Assembly: GCA_951406725.2 (NCBI GenBank)
Contig: OX597829.1
Coordinates: forward strand, 9,548,001-9,612,000
Length of the DNA: 64,000 nt
Direction: 5' to 3'
Source: Octopus vulgaris
Taxonomy: Eukaryota
In this document: piece by piece, positions 38,470 to 53,085 of the stretch
How positions within the stretch are numbered: position 1 is the first letter of the stretch
How the letters are laid out: every line of letters begins with the position of its first letter
Notes under the pieces: generated by a model
What the model saw: the letters and a program-made list of their open reading frames with translations, nothing else
Databases searched by the model: none
Told to the model about the DNA's origin: nothing
Position numbers and translations under genes: made by a program

Positions 38470-40060
38470 AGTCCAAATTTATAGAAAACAAAAGACGAAG
38501 ACAGGTTTAAATATAACAAACAGGTGTATTAGTTTAACGTTCAAGCAGAATGGAAAAGTCTTTTACGTTTCGGACCTACGCTCTTCGACAGAAAGGATTA
38601 AGAGGAAAAAAATGGAGAGAGAATGAAAAAGAAAGTGAACTATAAAAAATTCTTTGTGTGGGATTAACAGTTCAACTTGATGAAATAGCCAGAAGGAGGC
38701 TGAACGAGAGAGAGATAGTGAAGGTCATATGGTCAAAACAATTTACTCTTGCGCGCGCGTGTGTATGTAAGAATGGTGTGTGTAAGTGTGTAATTATGAA
38801 TGTGTGTGTGTGTGAGTATGTATGTGTGGGCGAGCTGAAAGATATGTGGACTTATGTGGATTGATGTGCGTTTTGAGTATTTACGTGTGTGCGCGCGTGT
38901 GAGTATGTGTGGGTATGCGTATGGACGCATGTATATATGTGAGGCTAGCATTTGTGTATGCGCGCGGCCGTGCTTGCATGTGCAAACGCTTTTGTGTGGC
39001 TGTTGATATGTGATTGTTCAGATGGTGTGCGCACGTGTGTTAATGTATGTGTGTGTGTGTGAGTGTATGTGTGTGACTGTGACCAAGTAGTTACACATGT
39101 GCATGTGTATAGTGTATGTGTGTGGGCGAACGTTATCTGTGTCCATGCGTGTTGCGGATGTTTATGTATCCGTGTGTGTGTGTATGTATTGTCTGTGTTC
39201 AGGCATTATGCGCTTGTGTGAGTGTGGGAGTGTGCATGATGGTGTGTGGTGTGTGTAGTGAGTTGAACAGTATGTAGGGATGGTCGTATGTGTGGTGACG
39301 CTGTTGAATGGCGTGTGTGAGTGTGTGGATAATGGTGTGTGAAGTGAGTAATGAGGGGAACAGTGTGTATGGGTATTTGTATAGTGGTGTGTGTAGTGAA
39401 GGTACTGAGGTAGGCAGTATGCAGGTGGAGGGGAGGGACAGGTGAATGTGGGAGTGTGTGGGAATTTGTATGAGGTGGTGTCGGATGAAGAGGGGTAGTG
39501 AATTGAGCCCATATGGCGCAAAAGAACAAAAGTTGAGGATTAATTCCTGTTTACAGTGAAAGCGAGGCTCTGGGTGGTCCCTATGCAGAGATAGCCTGAA
39601 CACAGACAGATGTAATGAATGACCGGTAGAGCAGAAATAGCGCGTGACTGAGGTGTCATAGCAAGTCTGATGTCTCGGAGCTGCTCCACGAACCGCTCAG
39701 TCAAGTGGCTTCCCGTTTTACAATGTACAGTGAAAGAGAGAGCAGAATGTGCAGTAAATGTTACTAAATGTGCAGGTAAAGGAATCGGTGATGTAATAAG
39801 GACGGTGGTGGGTTCCAGTGAGGATAGTGGCGTGGAGTGGTAGGAGCAGGTGTGTCAGCGTGGGCGGCAGCAGGGAAAGTAGCCAGGTTGGGAGGCAGGG
39901 GTAAGGAAGAAGCTGTGAACCAAGAGGTCACATAAGTTATGGGCTCATTTGAATGACGGAAGGGAGGTTAGGAAAGATGTACGAGGTGGAGGGATCGAGC
40001 TGGAGTCGCCGGGAAGCTCGAAGAATGGTGCGTTGGAAGGGTAGGGTGGTAGGTGAGGGA
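38470..40060 (-). mobile_element. Decayed PLE 3' part: GIY-YIG remnant, CA-rich 3' UTR and HHR remnant (38560-38596)
   Basis: FTCT.SNI, GHSLHLSVF, QELI..APYGLN at about 39490-39790; minus strand CTTT-CTGTCGAA-GAGC..-GAAA-CG-TA-AAAG. Confidence 0.75.
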
Positions 40061-40331
40061 AAACAAGGATATACAAAAACTGAAAATATTCAGAAGATAA
40101 ACACTCATGTACAAAAAAGAATATATATTTATATATATTAGCAAATAAATTTACATAGAGTATAAAAAAATACAGAAAATGCAGGCGAGAAGGAATTGTT
40201 TATTAGCTATTTGCCAATCTTCTCCTCCTAACGACGGAAGCCGGTTTACGGTAATGTTTATCTACTGGTTGCATCTCCATGATATTTTCCCCACACCATC
40301 TGCTAATTATGAATATTATAACTGTTACAAA

Positions 40332-40361
40332 ATTCTGAGTTCTCTGAAACAGCTGTCGAAT
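40332..40361 (+). ncRNA. Hammerhead remnant with deleted core
   Basis: ATTC..TGAG..GAAA-CAGCTG-TC-GAAT. Confidence 0.35.
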
Positions 40362-40899
40362 AAAAAAAAGCGTTCTCTCCTCGGTTTATGCGTTTTTTAT
40401 ACTCCATATAAATTTATGTGTAAATATATATAAATATCTACATGCTTGTACATAAGTGTTAATCTTTTGAATATTTATTTCCTGTTTCATTTTTCGTACA
40501 TCTCTATATATCTACCGATATGTGCATACCTATGCATATATGTTTATATATGTCAAGCTTAATCGCGTTTATCTGGTTCACTATCTCCATATCATTTCAC
40601 TTGGATTTCTCTTATAACCACTCTTTTCAATGCGGACTTAGTTCTCGATAAAGATACTGGGGTGTAAGTTCAGATCACTTGAGCACTATTACATGTTTTC
40701 TATATTGAGCATCTTTAGATCTCACCTGCTAACAATATATACATATACACGTATGTAAGAAAATGCATAGTGGCTAATAATGTGACAAATATTTAACCAC
40801 AGAAGTATCACCAGCACTACAATTATCCCACTTCCAGCACTGTCGGATCTATAAAAAATTAAGAACCTTGTTTCGATGTGTAGATTTAATTGATGCAGT

Positions 40900-42750
40900 C
40901 TTCTTCGCCTGTAGCTGTCACAAATTTGGTGTTCTACTGACAGAAAATTGCCGTTGTCGTGAGGAAGTCTATTTTTGCTTGCAACTAAATAATAGGAACG
41001 AAGATTCGACGTACGATGGCTAACAAATATGACAGGCTTGTGAATCTGGAAGCTTTTCGTCGTATATCTACACGCTGGTGACTTGAATTTGATGATCACT
41101 GGAACGTTGAAAAGTTATTAGTCAACGAAGATTCTACTAAAAGGATCAAGAACTCGTAATGATTGCGATGACAACTTTTACCGGGAACGCCCTGATAAGA
41201 ATGGTTTAAAAGACGTTCCCTATTCTTAACTTAGCTGGGGTTGCACACCCAATGTGGGATTCAAATTAATAGTCAATAACAAGAAAAGAAATAAAACTGA
41301 AACTTATTCTGGGCTAGATAATGAGGATAATTTTGGTAAGTCTAAACGAAGGTCTGTGATAATTCTAGAAAGATAATGTGTTTCGGTATAGACTTCGCTC
41401 CGTTCACAGCATCATGACTGTGGAGACAAGGATTGCTTCGAGAAGCTGTTCCCGTCAGAATTTACGGGCGCTTTACATTGTAGACTCTGTTGGCCTCGCT
41501 ACGCAAAGATTTTAGTTAGCAAACTGGTGCCACTTCTGTTGTTATATCCAATAGATTAATGCAAGTGAGATTATATGTGGATGGTGATCAAATTTTAGGA
41601 ATTTTCAATGCTTTCAATATGTCTACCTTTGTCAAACAAGCAGAAAGGGAAGCAATATTTCCACAATTTGCTTCCACAAGAAGCCTGACGGAATGAATAT
41701 TAATGCAAAAGCGGAAAAGACTTGCCAAACATTGGACCTTGTGTTGTTAGGTCAGTCTGGAACATTTTGCTAAGAGAAGCTCCATAGAGCAATCTTTGAA
41801 AGAGATACTGTGGCGATCTGCTTTCCCCACAGCAAGCATGTGACTAGTTTGATGAATATGAAATGAAGAAACACCGGCTGTAAACTGGAAAAATAAAAGT
41901 ATCAGCAAACTATTCTGCACTTACTAAACATATGTTACCAGCTGCTTCAATGATAGAAATTTCTTGCTATAATAGTAATCGAAGCTTTTGGGGGAACCGA
42001 TGATGGACCCTAAAGACAAGCATTATTCAGGCTTTCGTTGATTGTCACTAAGTGAAAATCTTCTATGCAAGTCTAAGCTCTCCAGAGAGGTGGTAATATA
42101 CCACTGGCAAAATAAGGTCATACAAATGCTTCCTGGAAACTAGTCTGTATTCTGTAAGTATCGTAGCATCAGCGATAGGATTTTCCTTTGGCCACAAATT
42201 CAGGAAAATACTATCGAACAATGAGTAGTGGTTATTGACTTTACGAAAACTTTCGACACTGTAGCAAGACAGGATTATGGACCCTACTGCAGACAAGTTC
42301 GTAGAGCTAACCAGACAATTCTACAAGGGGGTGGTTGTCACGTTCTCTCTAGGAAGTAACAACCCAACTTCATTTCCGGTTTCAAATTAGATAAATGAGG
42401 GCTCCAATACTTTTCTATTTTTTAAACAATATTTTCGGCTGTTTTTCTTCTAAACATGCTACGCCAGATAAGCAATAAAGTGTATATCCATATAAGATTT
42501 GATGGTATGTTTTTGAATCTACTGAGAAGTGCATGTTAAGACTATTTACAAATAACACTTCACTGATAACTCTGCCTTGACAGTGATTCCACGCAAGATT
42601 TTCAGAAGAAAACTCTCTATTTTGAATAAGTTGCTACAGCTCTTGGTCGCTCGATTATTATACAAATGACTGATATCATGTCAGGCAGCAGCATCTGCAA
42701 TATCGGTAATTGGAACCAACAACCGTTACTTTCTTCGCTTGATGAAGTCT
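40900..42750 (-). mobile_element. Heavily decayed LINE-like sequence (possible L1/Tx1 3' region)
   Basis: Non-microsatellite, coding-like composition; possible zinc-finger remnant ACCGES near 41810-41840. Confidence 0.3.
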
Positions 42751-42757
42751 GTGTCTA

Positions 42758-43191
42758 CGACTGAGTGCTGAAAAGTTCCTGGCTATGAGTAAAAGAAACA
42801 ACAGGAGGATCAGTTAATTATGATTTTACGCAACATATTCTCCTCTCAGATTCACACGCTTATTGCAGCGGTTCTTCAGTTTTTCTAAGTCCTGTAACAG
42901 AACTTGGAGGAGGGTTGGGCCCCTGACCAGGCCTTTCCCAATACTCACAAAGCCAGTAACTTTTCAGCACTTCCTTATACATACATACGAGGAGTTCCTG
43001 AAAACTTGTGGATTTAGGCAAAAGCAACAACAGGAGGATCAGTTAATTATGATTTTATTCAACATATTCTCCTCTCAGATTCACACACTTACAGCAGCAG
43101 TCCTTCAGTTTTTGTAAGCTCTGTAAAAGAAGTCAGAACTCAGGACTTTCGCGATAGCCTTAGGACCAGGAACTTTTCAGTACCCCATCGC
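42758..43191. mobile_element. Two tandem mariner-derived MITEs (about 220 and 205 bp)
   Basis: TIR-like GTGCTGAAAAGTTCCTGGCT / AGCCAGTAACTTTTCAGCAC; the two copies share internal sequence. Confidence 0.8.
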
Positions 43192-43410
43192 ATTTGGGCG
43201 GCACCATTCTTGGTGACAACTTTGAAGCAGATGAGAGTTGTTAACCCACCCCAATCAGATGCGATCGTTTTCGGTGTATGTGGGTGGGCGTGTGTGGGGT
43301 GGGGAGATTAATTTCTGCATCATTCTATCTTACATTATAAATTATCTTGGGAAAAGTAATTGACGCACCACACACACATTCACACACACACATATATATT
43401 TAAATATATG

Positions 43411-43460
<50 letters not shown>

Positions 43461-43943
43461 CATACATACATACATACATACATACATACATACATACATA
43501 CATACATACATACATACATACATACACACATGCACATATATATACACACATACATATATATCAGTAAATGAATATATGTAAAAAATTATACATATGTATA
43601 CTTATCGACCATGATGATTCAGCAGTCGGCTTCATGATGAAAGACGTTACAGACATGACCATCATATATAATACATATGGATATGTTTTCTTACGAGTAC
43701 AAAACAAATATATAAGCCTATGTATGTTTCTTGTATCTTGAAAGTTTACGGATATTAAGAATGAGTCCAGATATGTGTATTTTCTTTAATTAATTATGCA
43801 TATATATATATATATATGTGTGTATGTGTGTGTGTGTGTGTGTATGTGTGAGTGTGTGTGTGTGTGTGTGTGAGTATATATATATACACATATATACATA
43901 TAAAGGCCGATAGATAGATACATAGATAGACAGGCAGACAGAC

Positions 43944-44035
<92 letters not shown>

Positions 44036-44036
<1 letters not shown>

Positions 44037-45155
44037 TGTTTCTTTATTAGCGACACCGGGCTGAACACAGAGGGGACAAATTACAAAGTAGAGCTTTTCT
44101 TTTTGGGGAGAAAAAAAAGGTAAAAGAAAAAAAGGGGGTAGGTTTTCGATCGTTAAAAAGAAAGAAAAAAAACAATCAATTGGGATCGTGTATCACAGAA
44201 ATGTCATGATATAAAGTGTAAAGGGGGAAAAAGATAGGGTTTATCTGTGAAAAGAAAAGCCTACGGAAAAGACCACGGTAACCTCGGTCAATAATGTCAC
44301 ATGTTAACATTTATTTGCAACTGATTAACTGTTTTAAATTTTTCCGGGTTCATAGGATTATGCTCAAGGTGACTTCGTCATTCATACGTGCCATCCTTGC
44401 TACATTCACCCATCTTTTTTTTGAAACATTCGCCAGACAAAACTTGCCTCTCTACTCTCACTTTCCTTTTCAAGTGGTACTTGAAGAAGTTGATGAGAGA
44501 TTGACCAGAGAGGAAAGTGTTTGTCTCCAATCCTTTCAGACGCGTCCACCAGATACATTCTTTCGCCATAGCCACAAGGATGATGAAAATAGCTCTTCCT
44601 TCCCGTTTGAAGGAAGGAGGCGTGACAATATTGACGATAGACTCGACTGATAAACCGACTCGTCCCACACGTGACAGCAGTTGTTCGACATAAGCCCACA
44701 GGTCGGAAATTGTTGGACACTGCACGAGTGCGTGCAGAACGGTTTCGTCGCTCTGACCGCATCTCGGGAAGGTCGGCCCCGTGTTTCTCGAGCCGTGTCT
44801 GTAGAGCTTATCCCGAACGGGTAGCGCTTCTCGGTAGCACTGCCAGGCCAGGGATCTCTGGAAGTTGTCCATAGGTCCCGGCCCGAAAGTCGTCTCAAAC
44901 TGGCGGGTCAGGTATTCCTCGTCGACGTCCAGGTTCGCCCCGAACTCGTCGTCGTACCTTCCCTCCACTAATCCCCTATAGAATGCTTTGGTTGTGATGG
45001 AGTCACTCAAGGTCGATCCGGGACGGCAGAGTTGCTTGAGAGCAATGCGACGCTCGCGGTGCCATTCGCCCTTCCTCGGCCTCTTTTTGATCCACGACTG
45101 CAGTTCGGTCATGGAGACGAGCTGCAGGAAAGCGTGCCTCACATATGGCGGCCAC

Positions 45156-45156
<1 letters not shown>
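44036..45156 (-). mobile_element. 5'-truncated Tx1/L1-clade LINE inserted in (GATA)n
   Basis: zf-RVT-like LAWQCYREALPVRDKL...PRCGQSDETVLHALVQC; AATAAA followed by a (TATC)n tail. Confidence 0.9.
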
Positions 45157-45224
<68 letters not shown>

Positions 45225-45413
45225 TAGACAGACATGGATGGATGGCTGAAGTAAAACTAATAATTTCAAATTTTATTGTATTTTGTGTTAATTTTCGTAT
45301 TATTTATAAAAATAACACGAAAATTAACACAAAATACAATAAAATTTGAAATTATTAGTTTCAAACTGAAACAGAGGATAGAAATATGTTAACGTATCGG
45401 ATATCAGCTCTTT

Positions 45414-45449
<36 letters not shown>

Positions 45450-46356
45450 TGTGTGTGTGCGAGTAAGTGAGTGAGTTTGTGATGTGAGTGAGAGTGTGTT
45501 TGATACATTGAGTGTAATTGATACATTGAGATACATCTTAATCAGAACTATATTACGGCGCAACATAGACTAGATTTACAGCCCACCTCCCCAACAAAAT
45601 CAAAACATTATGAAATGGGGATTTAGCAGAATCAAAGGCAAAAGAAAAAATAAATGAAAATATAAAAAATAAGATAAATTGTACTTTAAGGCTCATTTCT
45701 GAAGTATAATAATTTGAGAAATATACCAACAGCTCGGTTTATAACTAACGCTGAACACGTTGGAAGAGTTCTGGTTATGCTAGCCATACATGTTACCTAT
45801 TTGAAGTGTGATTCCACATAATTTGTATTTTTGTTGTCGTAAATATATAGACTTGAGTTTCTGGTTAACGATGGTCATGCTTTTTGTGCTTTGAGGAATG
45901 TAGACAGATTCCAGAAACATGACATAAGGAATTGTCACCCGTTATAATATGCATTAACATGTACCTCCTTGCGACAACGCAAACTTTCATTTAATCAAGA
46001 TATCCTTGGCCTGAAGATTAGCCTGCGCTATACACTTCACTTGGATATTTACAACTTCTGAGGTAATATATGAAATATATGTAGCCCAGATCTTATTTAC
46101 TCCATTCTTTATCTCTTGTATTGTTATTCGCCTACCCTGAAATATAAAAGAAGTTTTTTCAATTTATCCTACTTAGATAAAAAAAAAAAAAAATCCACAC
46201 CTTTCCGTCCCAATAAACAACTATTGACCCTGAAAGTTGTTCTATCCATCCATCCATCCATCTATCATCTATCTGAATCCATCCATCTATCCATCCATCC
46301 ATCCATCCATCCATCCATCTCGATCATCATCTATCTATCTATCTATCTATCTATCT

Positions 46357-46446
<90 letters not shown>

Positions 46447-46499
46447 CATCCATCCATCCATCTATCCATCCATCCATCCATCCATCCATCCATCCATCC

Positions 46500-46583
<84 letters not shown>

Positions 46584-46584
46584 G

Positions 46585-46825
46585 TCCTCCCTTTACACTT
46601 CATATTGACATTTCTGTGATAACGATCCCTATTGATCAATTTTTTTTCTTCCTCTCCCCCTTTTTTTTAACCCCCCTTTTTTTTGTCCTCTTTCTCTCCT
46701 TTTACGATCCCTTTTGATCAAAACTCCCCCTTCCTTTTTTTTTTTTTTAAACCTTCAAAAGAAAAGCTCTACCTTGTAATTTGTTCTATCTGTGTGCAGC
46801 CCTGTGTGGCTAATAAAGAAACATA
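46585..46825 (+). mobile_element. 3' UTR fragment of a related Tx1-like LINE in (TATC)n
   Basis: Homologous to the reverse complement of 44036-44230; ends AATAAAGAAACATATC. Confidence 0.8.
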
Positions 46826-46876
46826 TCTGTCTATCTATCTGTCTATCCCGTGACTGATTTTCTATTCTCTGCCCCT

Positions 46877-47239
46877 TCACCACTGGACGCCTAACATGCT
46901 GGTCAACTTTTTCTCCTCTCTTACAAATTTTTTATATCCATTTGACGATTTCTTCCAATCGTTCACCGTCAAAGTCGTGTTTGGCCGAAAGGCTTTATTC
47001 ATTGCCTTCGTCAATCGTTTCAAATTATATTTGTTTACTTTCGTTCGTCCACCCTGTATTATTTTGCTTGCTTTAGCCCTAATTCTACGCAAATCTTGCG
47101 GGTACCGCCGATATACAAAGTCCCCAGTCTTATCGTAAAAGGCACGAAACTGGGTATTAGTATATTTTGTCAATAACTGAGGAAGGATTAGTGTCCTGGT
47201 GTCTGTCTTACGTGTATGTTTTGCAGTATTTAATGCATT
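46877..47239 (-). other. Orphan basic open reading frame (about 120 codons, no ATG near its start)
   Basis: Non-repetitive K/R-rich translation; the frame stays open 22 codons upstream of the annotated TTG. Confidence 0.3.
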
Positions 47240-47306
47240 TTACAATTATAGAATAACTGAACGCCACGTATCCCGACTTATATATATATATATATATAAA
47301 GAGGAA

Positions 47307-47422
47307 TATTGTTGACAGTGATTTCGAAGTTTCAGTCAGCTAACCCATAGTCGGACAATGGCTTAACTGGCATCAGACGGTGGGTTTTACTGGCCGAAAC
47401 TTCGATGTCACTGTCAGCAATA
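47307..47422. repeat. Inverted pair of PLE-end fragments, each with an HHR remnant
   Basis: TTGACAGTGATTTCGAAGTTTC... / ...GAAACTTCGATGTCACTGTCAG. Confidence 0.7.
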
Positions 47423-47599
47423 GTCTTGTTTAAGAATAAATTTGTATTGTACATTAATTTGAGTCCCCCCTCCCCAGAGTAACGTAAAATTGCTTTTATT
47501 ATAAACTAAGCATTAAACATAAAAACAAACATTTATAAATACATACATATTTGGCAAGGAAAAATAGGACCATCACGAAAATAACAATGTATATGTATA

Positions 47600-47635
<36 letters not shown>

Positions 47636-48529
47636 TGTATGTATGTATGTATGTATGTATGTATGTATGTATGTATGTATGTATGTATGTATGTATGTAT
47701 GTATATATGTATGTGTGTGTATGTATGTATGTATGTATGTATTTATGTATATATGTATGTATATATAATATATACATATATACACATATATATATATATA
47801 CACACACATGCACATGTGTATATACAAGCACCCCCCCCCCCGGATGTGTGTGTTTGCGTGCGCGCGTGTGTGTATGCATGTGTGTAGACATAGACATATT
47901 TACATACATCTATTCGTACATACACACACACACACACACGTAAGGACTATCAAAGGTAGAACTAAGCAGTTATGGTGAATTGAGTAGAGTTATCGATAAA
48001 TAATAAATAATATTTTAGACAAGATGTTTTTTAATTATATACCTTTCTTCTTTTTTTTTAAATATTACACAGCCTGCTGTTGGTCTTAATTTTACTTTAA
48101 TCTTAATATTCTCATCGAAAGCAAACTCCTCTTTAATTGAATAATGCAACTCTTTAATATATTACAAATTGCTTCTAGTAACAACTGGTATATATTATAA
48201 ACATGCATTTTATTGATTTACAACCAACATGTAATAAGACAACGTTTCGTTTTCAAATATGCACCATTTATTTTTATTTACTTTTTCATACTACTTACAA
48301 AGAATTTTAATCTTTGCACGAAAACCAAAAGATACTATTCTACGAAATATATTGAATTCCAAGCTGCTGGCGTTTTATTGAAATTTTTCTTTTTTCTTTT
48401 CTTTTTTTTTTCATAAGTATACATCTATACATGTATATTCCACTAAACATAGTTTCCTGTGTTATCTTGTTTGAAGTAATATATGTCACGACTATCATAG
48501 TACCGAATACCCATGTATCCAAGTTGTAC

Positions 48530-48930
48530 TCATCGTCATCTTCGTCGTCGTCGTCGTCGCCGTCATATATCGTACGCCTGCATCGCGTACGATGACACCG
48601 TAACAAAAGTCTCCCCCAATTAGCGAGAATTTTCCAGCTGCCTTGTTACTCTTGTCTAACCAACTCTTCATATTGTCCATCCATTGCGTTCTCTGCCTGG
48701 CGATTGAACTTCTACCCTCTGCTATTCCTTCCATGATAATATTTTCCAGACTTCTGCTTCTTCGAATATGGCCGTAAATAAATGAGATTTTTTTGTCTTT
48801 GTTTTTTTCTCTCACAAAGTTGTTGTTTTTCGCCTACCCATTCATTTGTGCAATGATTCTTGACAAGGCGTTCGTACAAAAAAATTGTACCCATTCTTTG
48901 TCAAATTATGCTTCCATCTTGTAGATCTTC
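48530..48930 (-). mobile_element. RTE-clade LINE 3' end
   Basis: GHIRRSRSLENIIMEGIAEG.....R.QWMD..W motif; (GAC/GAT)n tail. Confidence 0.8.
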
Positions 48931-50862
48931 ATTCAGGGTTCAAATTTTAGAAAATATTTGTTGCAAATATTGGTACAAGTCCAGCAAATTTGGTGGTGGT
49001 GGGGGGGTTGTCGATTATATCGACCCCAGTGCTCAACTGGTGCTTGTTTTATCGACCCCGTATGGATACAAGGTAAAATCGACCCCGGTGGCATTTGAAC
49101 TTAGAACATAAAGAGGAACAAAATAGCGTTAAGCGTTTTTGCCCGGCGCAATAACGACTCGGCCAGCTCGAAAACACAACCTCTTGCTTATTTAAATTTG
49201 CAGACAGAATAACTTCAAACTGTAATCTTTATATTGATGCTGCTTCTTTTGTTTTATTTGTAAATGGAATTAATAAACGCGGTAATGAATTTAATTGATT
49301 CCTTTTGTAACTAGCGTTTTAATATATTTATAGGTATGGCTGTGTAATGTATTTTTTGTATCCACGTGGCTTTGGGTTCAGTTATCATGCGTAATACCAT
49401 GGACAAATGTCTTCTGCTATAGCCCCGGTCGAGCCAATGCTTTGCGAATGAATGTAGTTGAAGGAGACTGTGTAGAAGCCTGTTATGTATGTATCGATCT
49501 ATATCTATATCTATTTACCTTTCTTTCTATATCTGTCTATCTATCACACACACGCATACACATTTTAAAACTTTAAGATAATTCGCTTAGCGAATAATCA
49601 AAACCGTCTTAAGTGTTCTCTTGAAGATTAAGCATAAACGAAAAAGTTACCATGTCTTTAATTATCTTTGGATATTAGATTCTCGAAAATGTTGATACAT
49701 AAAAGCTACTCCGCAATATTTCTCGCAAAACAGTAATTCGCGTCGGTCTAATTGTTTTTGTTTCACAAACGATTAACTTGTTTTTTCTTGTTTCATATGA
49801 AATATACCCCATTGAGTTTATTTTTCGAATTTTTTCATATCAATATTGTATAAATATTTCTTACAGAACAAAATTTGTGGTACCATTCTTTTTAAAAATG
49901 GCAGATATTTTTATCTGAATGATGTTATAGATTTTTACTTTCCTATAATTAAAATGAATTTATTTTAAACTGAATAAACATCTTTATATTTTCATTATTA
50001 TACTTAGAGTCGAGATGGCCGGGCGAAATGCTTAGCAGTATTTCATCTGCTTTTACGTTCTGAGTTCAAATTCCACCGAAGTCGACTTTACCTTTCATCC
50101 TTTCGGGGTCGATAAATTAGGTATCAGTTGCGTACTGGGATCGATCTAATCGACTGGTCCCCTTCCCAAAAATTTCGGGCCTTGTGCCTAGAGTAGAAAA
50201 GACTATGGTCATATTTAAAAATTAAACAGGCCCTATTTGTTCTTCACTACATGGTTTCACAACAAGATTGCAAAACAAATAACATAAAGATATTTTTATT
50301 ATTTATAAAACTCGACAGGGGTTACCAAGTGGCCCAAGAGCTGAGAGCTTCTAGCATTTGCACTTTCATATGCGGAATTCGAACTCAGAACGTAAAGGAA
50401 GACGAAATGCCGCTAAGCGCTTTATCCGACGTGCTAACTAACCGCCTCCTGCCGATCATCAATAATATAATATAATAGTGATATTAATATAATGTAATAT
50501 ATGATATAACATTGTACGATATAAAATAATATGATATAATATGATATAATATGATACGATATGATATATGATATATGATATATGATATATGATATATGAT
50601 ACACATAAGACGGCAAGCTGACCGAATTGTTAGCAGGCTGGACAAAGTGCTTAGTGGCATTTCGTTTGTGTATAAGGTTCTGAGTTCAAATTCCGCTGAG
50701 CTTCACTTTACTTTTCATCCCTTTATGATCGATAAAATAACAATAGGCTTAAGCACTTGGGTCGATACAACCGTCTTATTCCTACTCCTAAATTGTTGAC
50801 CTTGTGTCAAAATTTGAAACCAATATAATATACATATATATATGTAAATATTATATATAATA

Positions 50863-52790
50863 CAGGATTCGCTCACTTTCCGGAAGTAATACGTTCCTGA
50901 AAAGCTGGTCGTAACGCGAAATTCAGTAATGTGAAATTAATTTTCCTCTTGATTTTTGTATTGTGAAGCAAAATTGCGTTCCTCCGAAGATTTTCGAAGA
51001 GAAAAAAAACAAAACATAAGAAAACAACAGAGAATAGGATCACGTGTTTATACGTGAAGATAACTATTTCTAGCGATGAACGATAGAATACACAAAACTA
51101 TTTCCAGAGGAATGTTATGGCAGTGATGAGAATCGTAATGCCGTAAGAGTACATTCTTTCTACAAAAAATGTCGACTACTGCGTGAGTGGTAAATGATCG
51201 TTACTAGGAGAGATCCAAAGTTGCTGTTAATGACACACCATTTCTCTGTACAACTCAGTAAACTCCACTTGTTATTGCTGTTGTATTCACGACTAAGATC
51301 ATTGTTAACAAAAACCTGCAGAACTTCTTCTATAAGTTGAACCTCTTGAGCAATAATTTTTGTATTCAATTTAAGTGGTGTAGTTGGAACTTCAGTTGTC
51401 TCATCTGTATTCTCTGCTTGTTCTTTGTCTAAAAGCATTAGTTCCTCGTTAGATAAACTTTTTCTCTTGGACAGTAGCAACCCAATCACATCATCTTCTA
51501 TGACGTCTTCAAATCTTACATCTTTTGCAAGTATCAAGATATCTTTTCAAATTTGATGTAGGCTTTCTGCTTGAAGAAAACTTGTAATGTGGATACAGTT
51601 TAGCTGTATATTTTTACAAGCACTATTCAAAATTGAAGGTTTCACTTCATCCCATGACTCAGTTATATTATCCACAGCATCCATTATATTCAGTTTCTTC
51701 TTGAAATCTCTAACTGTAGGTTTTTTTCTCGCTGTCAACTGCTTTCATAAGAAGTTTGAAAGTTCTTGTATAATATCCCTTGAAGTTAGCTACCACACCT
51801 AGATCTATTGACTGGAGTAAAGGTGGATTCTTGGGGATATATTCTACACTCACGTTATCAGAAATGTTATCTAAGTTCGCTGAGAGGTTTGGTGCATTGT
51901 CTAAAAGAGGAAATGCTTTGTTGGAAATATATCTGGCATTGAACATTTCTATTGCAAGGTGAAAATGTTTGTAAACTACTTTTTCAAAAGCTTTTAAGTC
52001 ACGCATGCCTTCTTATTTAAATGCCATATCAAACCCTTGAAAGCCTTTGGTTGCTCGGAGTGTTACACGTGGAGGGGCTTTAATTTCCTGTTCACCAGAA
52101 GTATCAGAAGATATTTGAAAGATTTAAATCCTGATGTTCATTTTTCTTCTCGAAAAATAAAAGTTCTAGCAGACATGCACTTCCAGAAGAGTGCAGTCTC
52201 ATCAATATTGAATACTTGCCTCTGTATGTAACCCATCCTACTCCATCAATCATTTTCTTCAACCTCTCGGGCTAATTAATAGCAGCCTCTGTATCAGTGC
52301 TCACAGTTTCACCGGGCATTTTTATAATGTGCGAATTCATGCTCTTCTTAAATCCTTTAAACCAGCTAAAAATGGATTTTTATTAGAAGTTTCACCTTCC
52401 GTTTTCGCCAAGTCGTCGTATATACGTTTCGCATTTTTAAAAATTAATATAATATTTATCGGGACATTTCGCCGATTCTGATCTTCGACCCATACACTCA
52501 AAAGTTGCTCCATTTTAAGCGTTACAGTAGATATATGGAAAAATAAAGTCCGGACAGTAGATTCTTGGGTACTTGGCATTATGTTCTCTTTTTGTCACGT
52601 ATTGTTCCCACTTTGGATGCAGCATGATTTTAATGTTTTGGCAATTTAACTTAGTTTTACAAAATCTTTTTAAAACGTCAAGCTTAATATCCAGTGTAAT
52701 CTCTTAACGGTTCCTTTTCGCATTACCACCTTCATATGTACTTGATAGTTTCTTTCCAGACATCTTAAATTGAAGTCAGATTTAATAGCA
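50863..52790 (-). mobile_element. Decayed Tigger/pogo transposon
   Basis: MEQLLSVWVEDQ (CENP-B-type HTH), LLDNAP, DLGVVANFKGYY, SWDEVK motifs. Confidence 0.85.
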
Positions 52791-52995
52791 GCGGCAATTA
52801 ATTATCCACAACAAATATGTAGTAAAAATAATTGGTCCAGGAAAGTTTTACTTTGTGAGAGCAGAAAATTGTCTTATTCCTATGGATGTAGAAGGGAGAG
52901 TTCTATATGATTACAGTTAGCTGAAGGATCACTGGATTTTATAGGCAATTCGCACTTTACACTTCTGACTGAAGACATAAATACACAGACACACT

Positions 52996-53085
<90 letters not shown>

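Noticed and set aside
43610-43650. ATGATGA...GAAAGACGTT
   Set aside because: Too many deviations and no stem I
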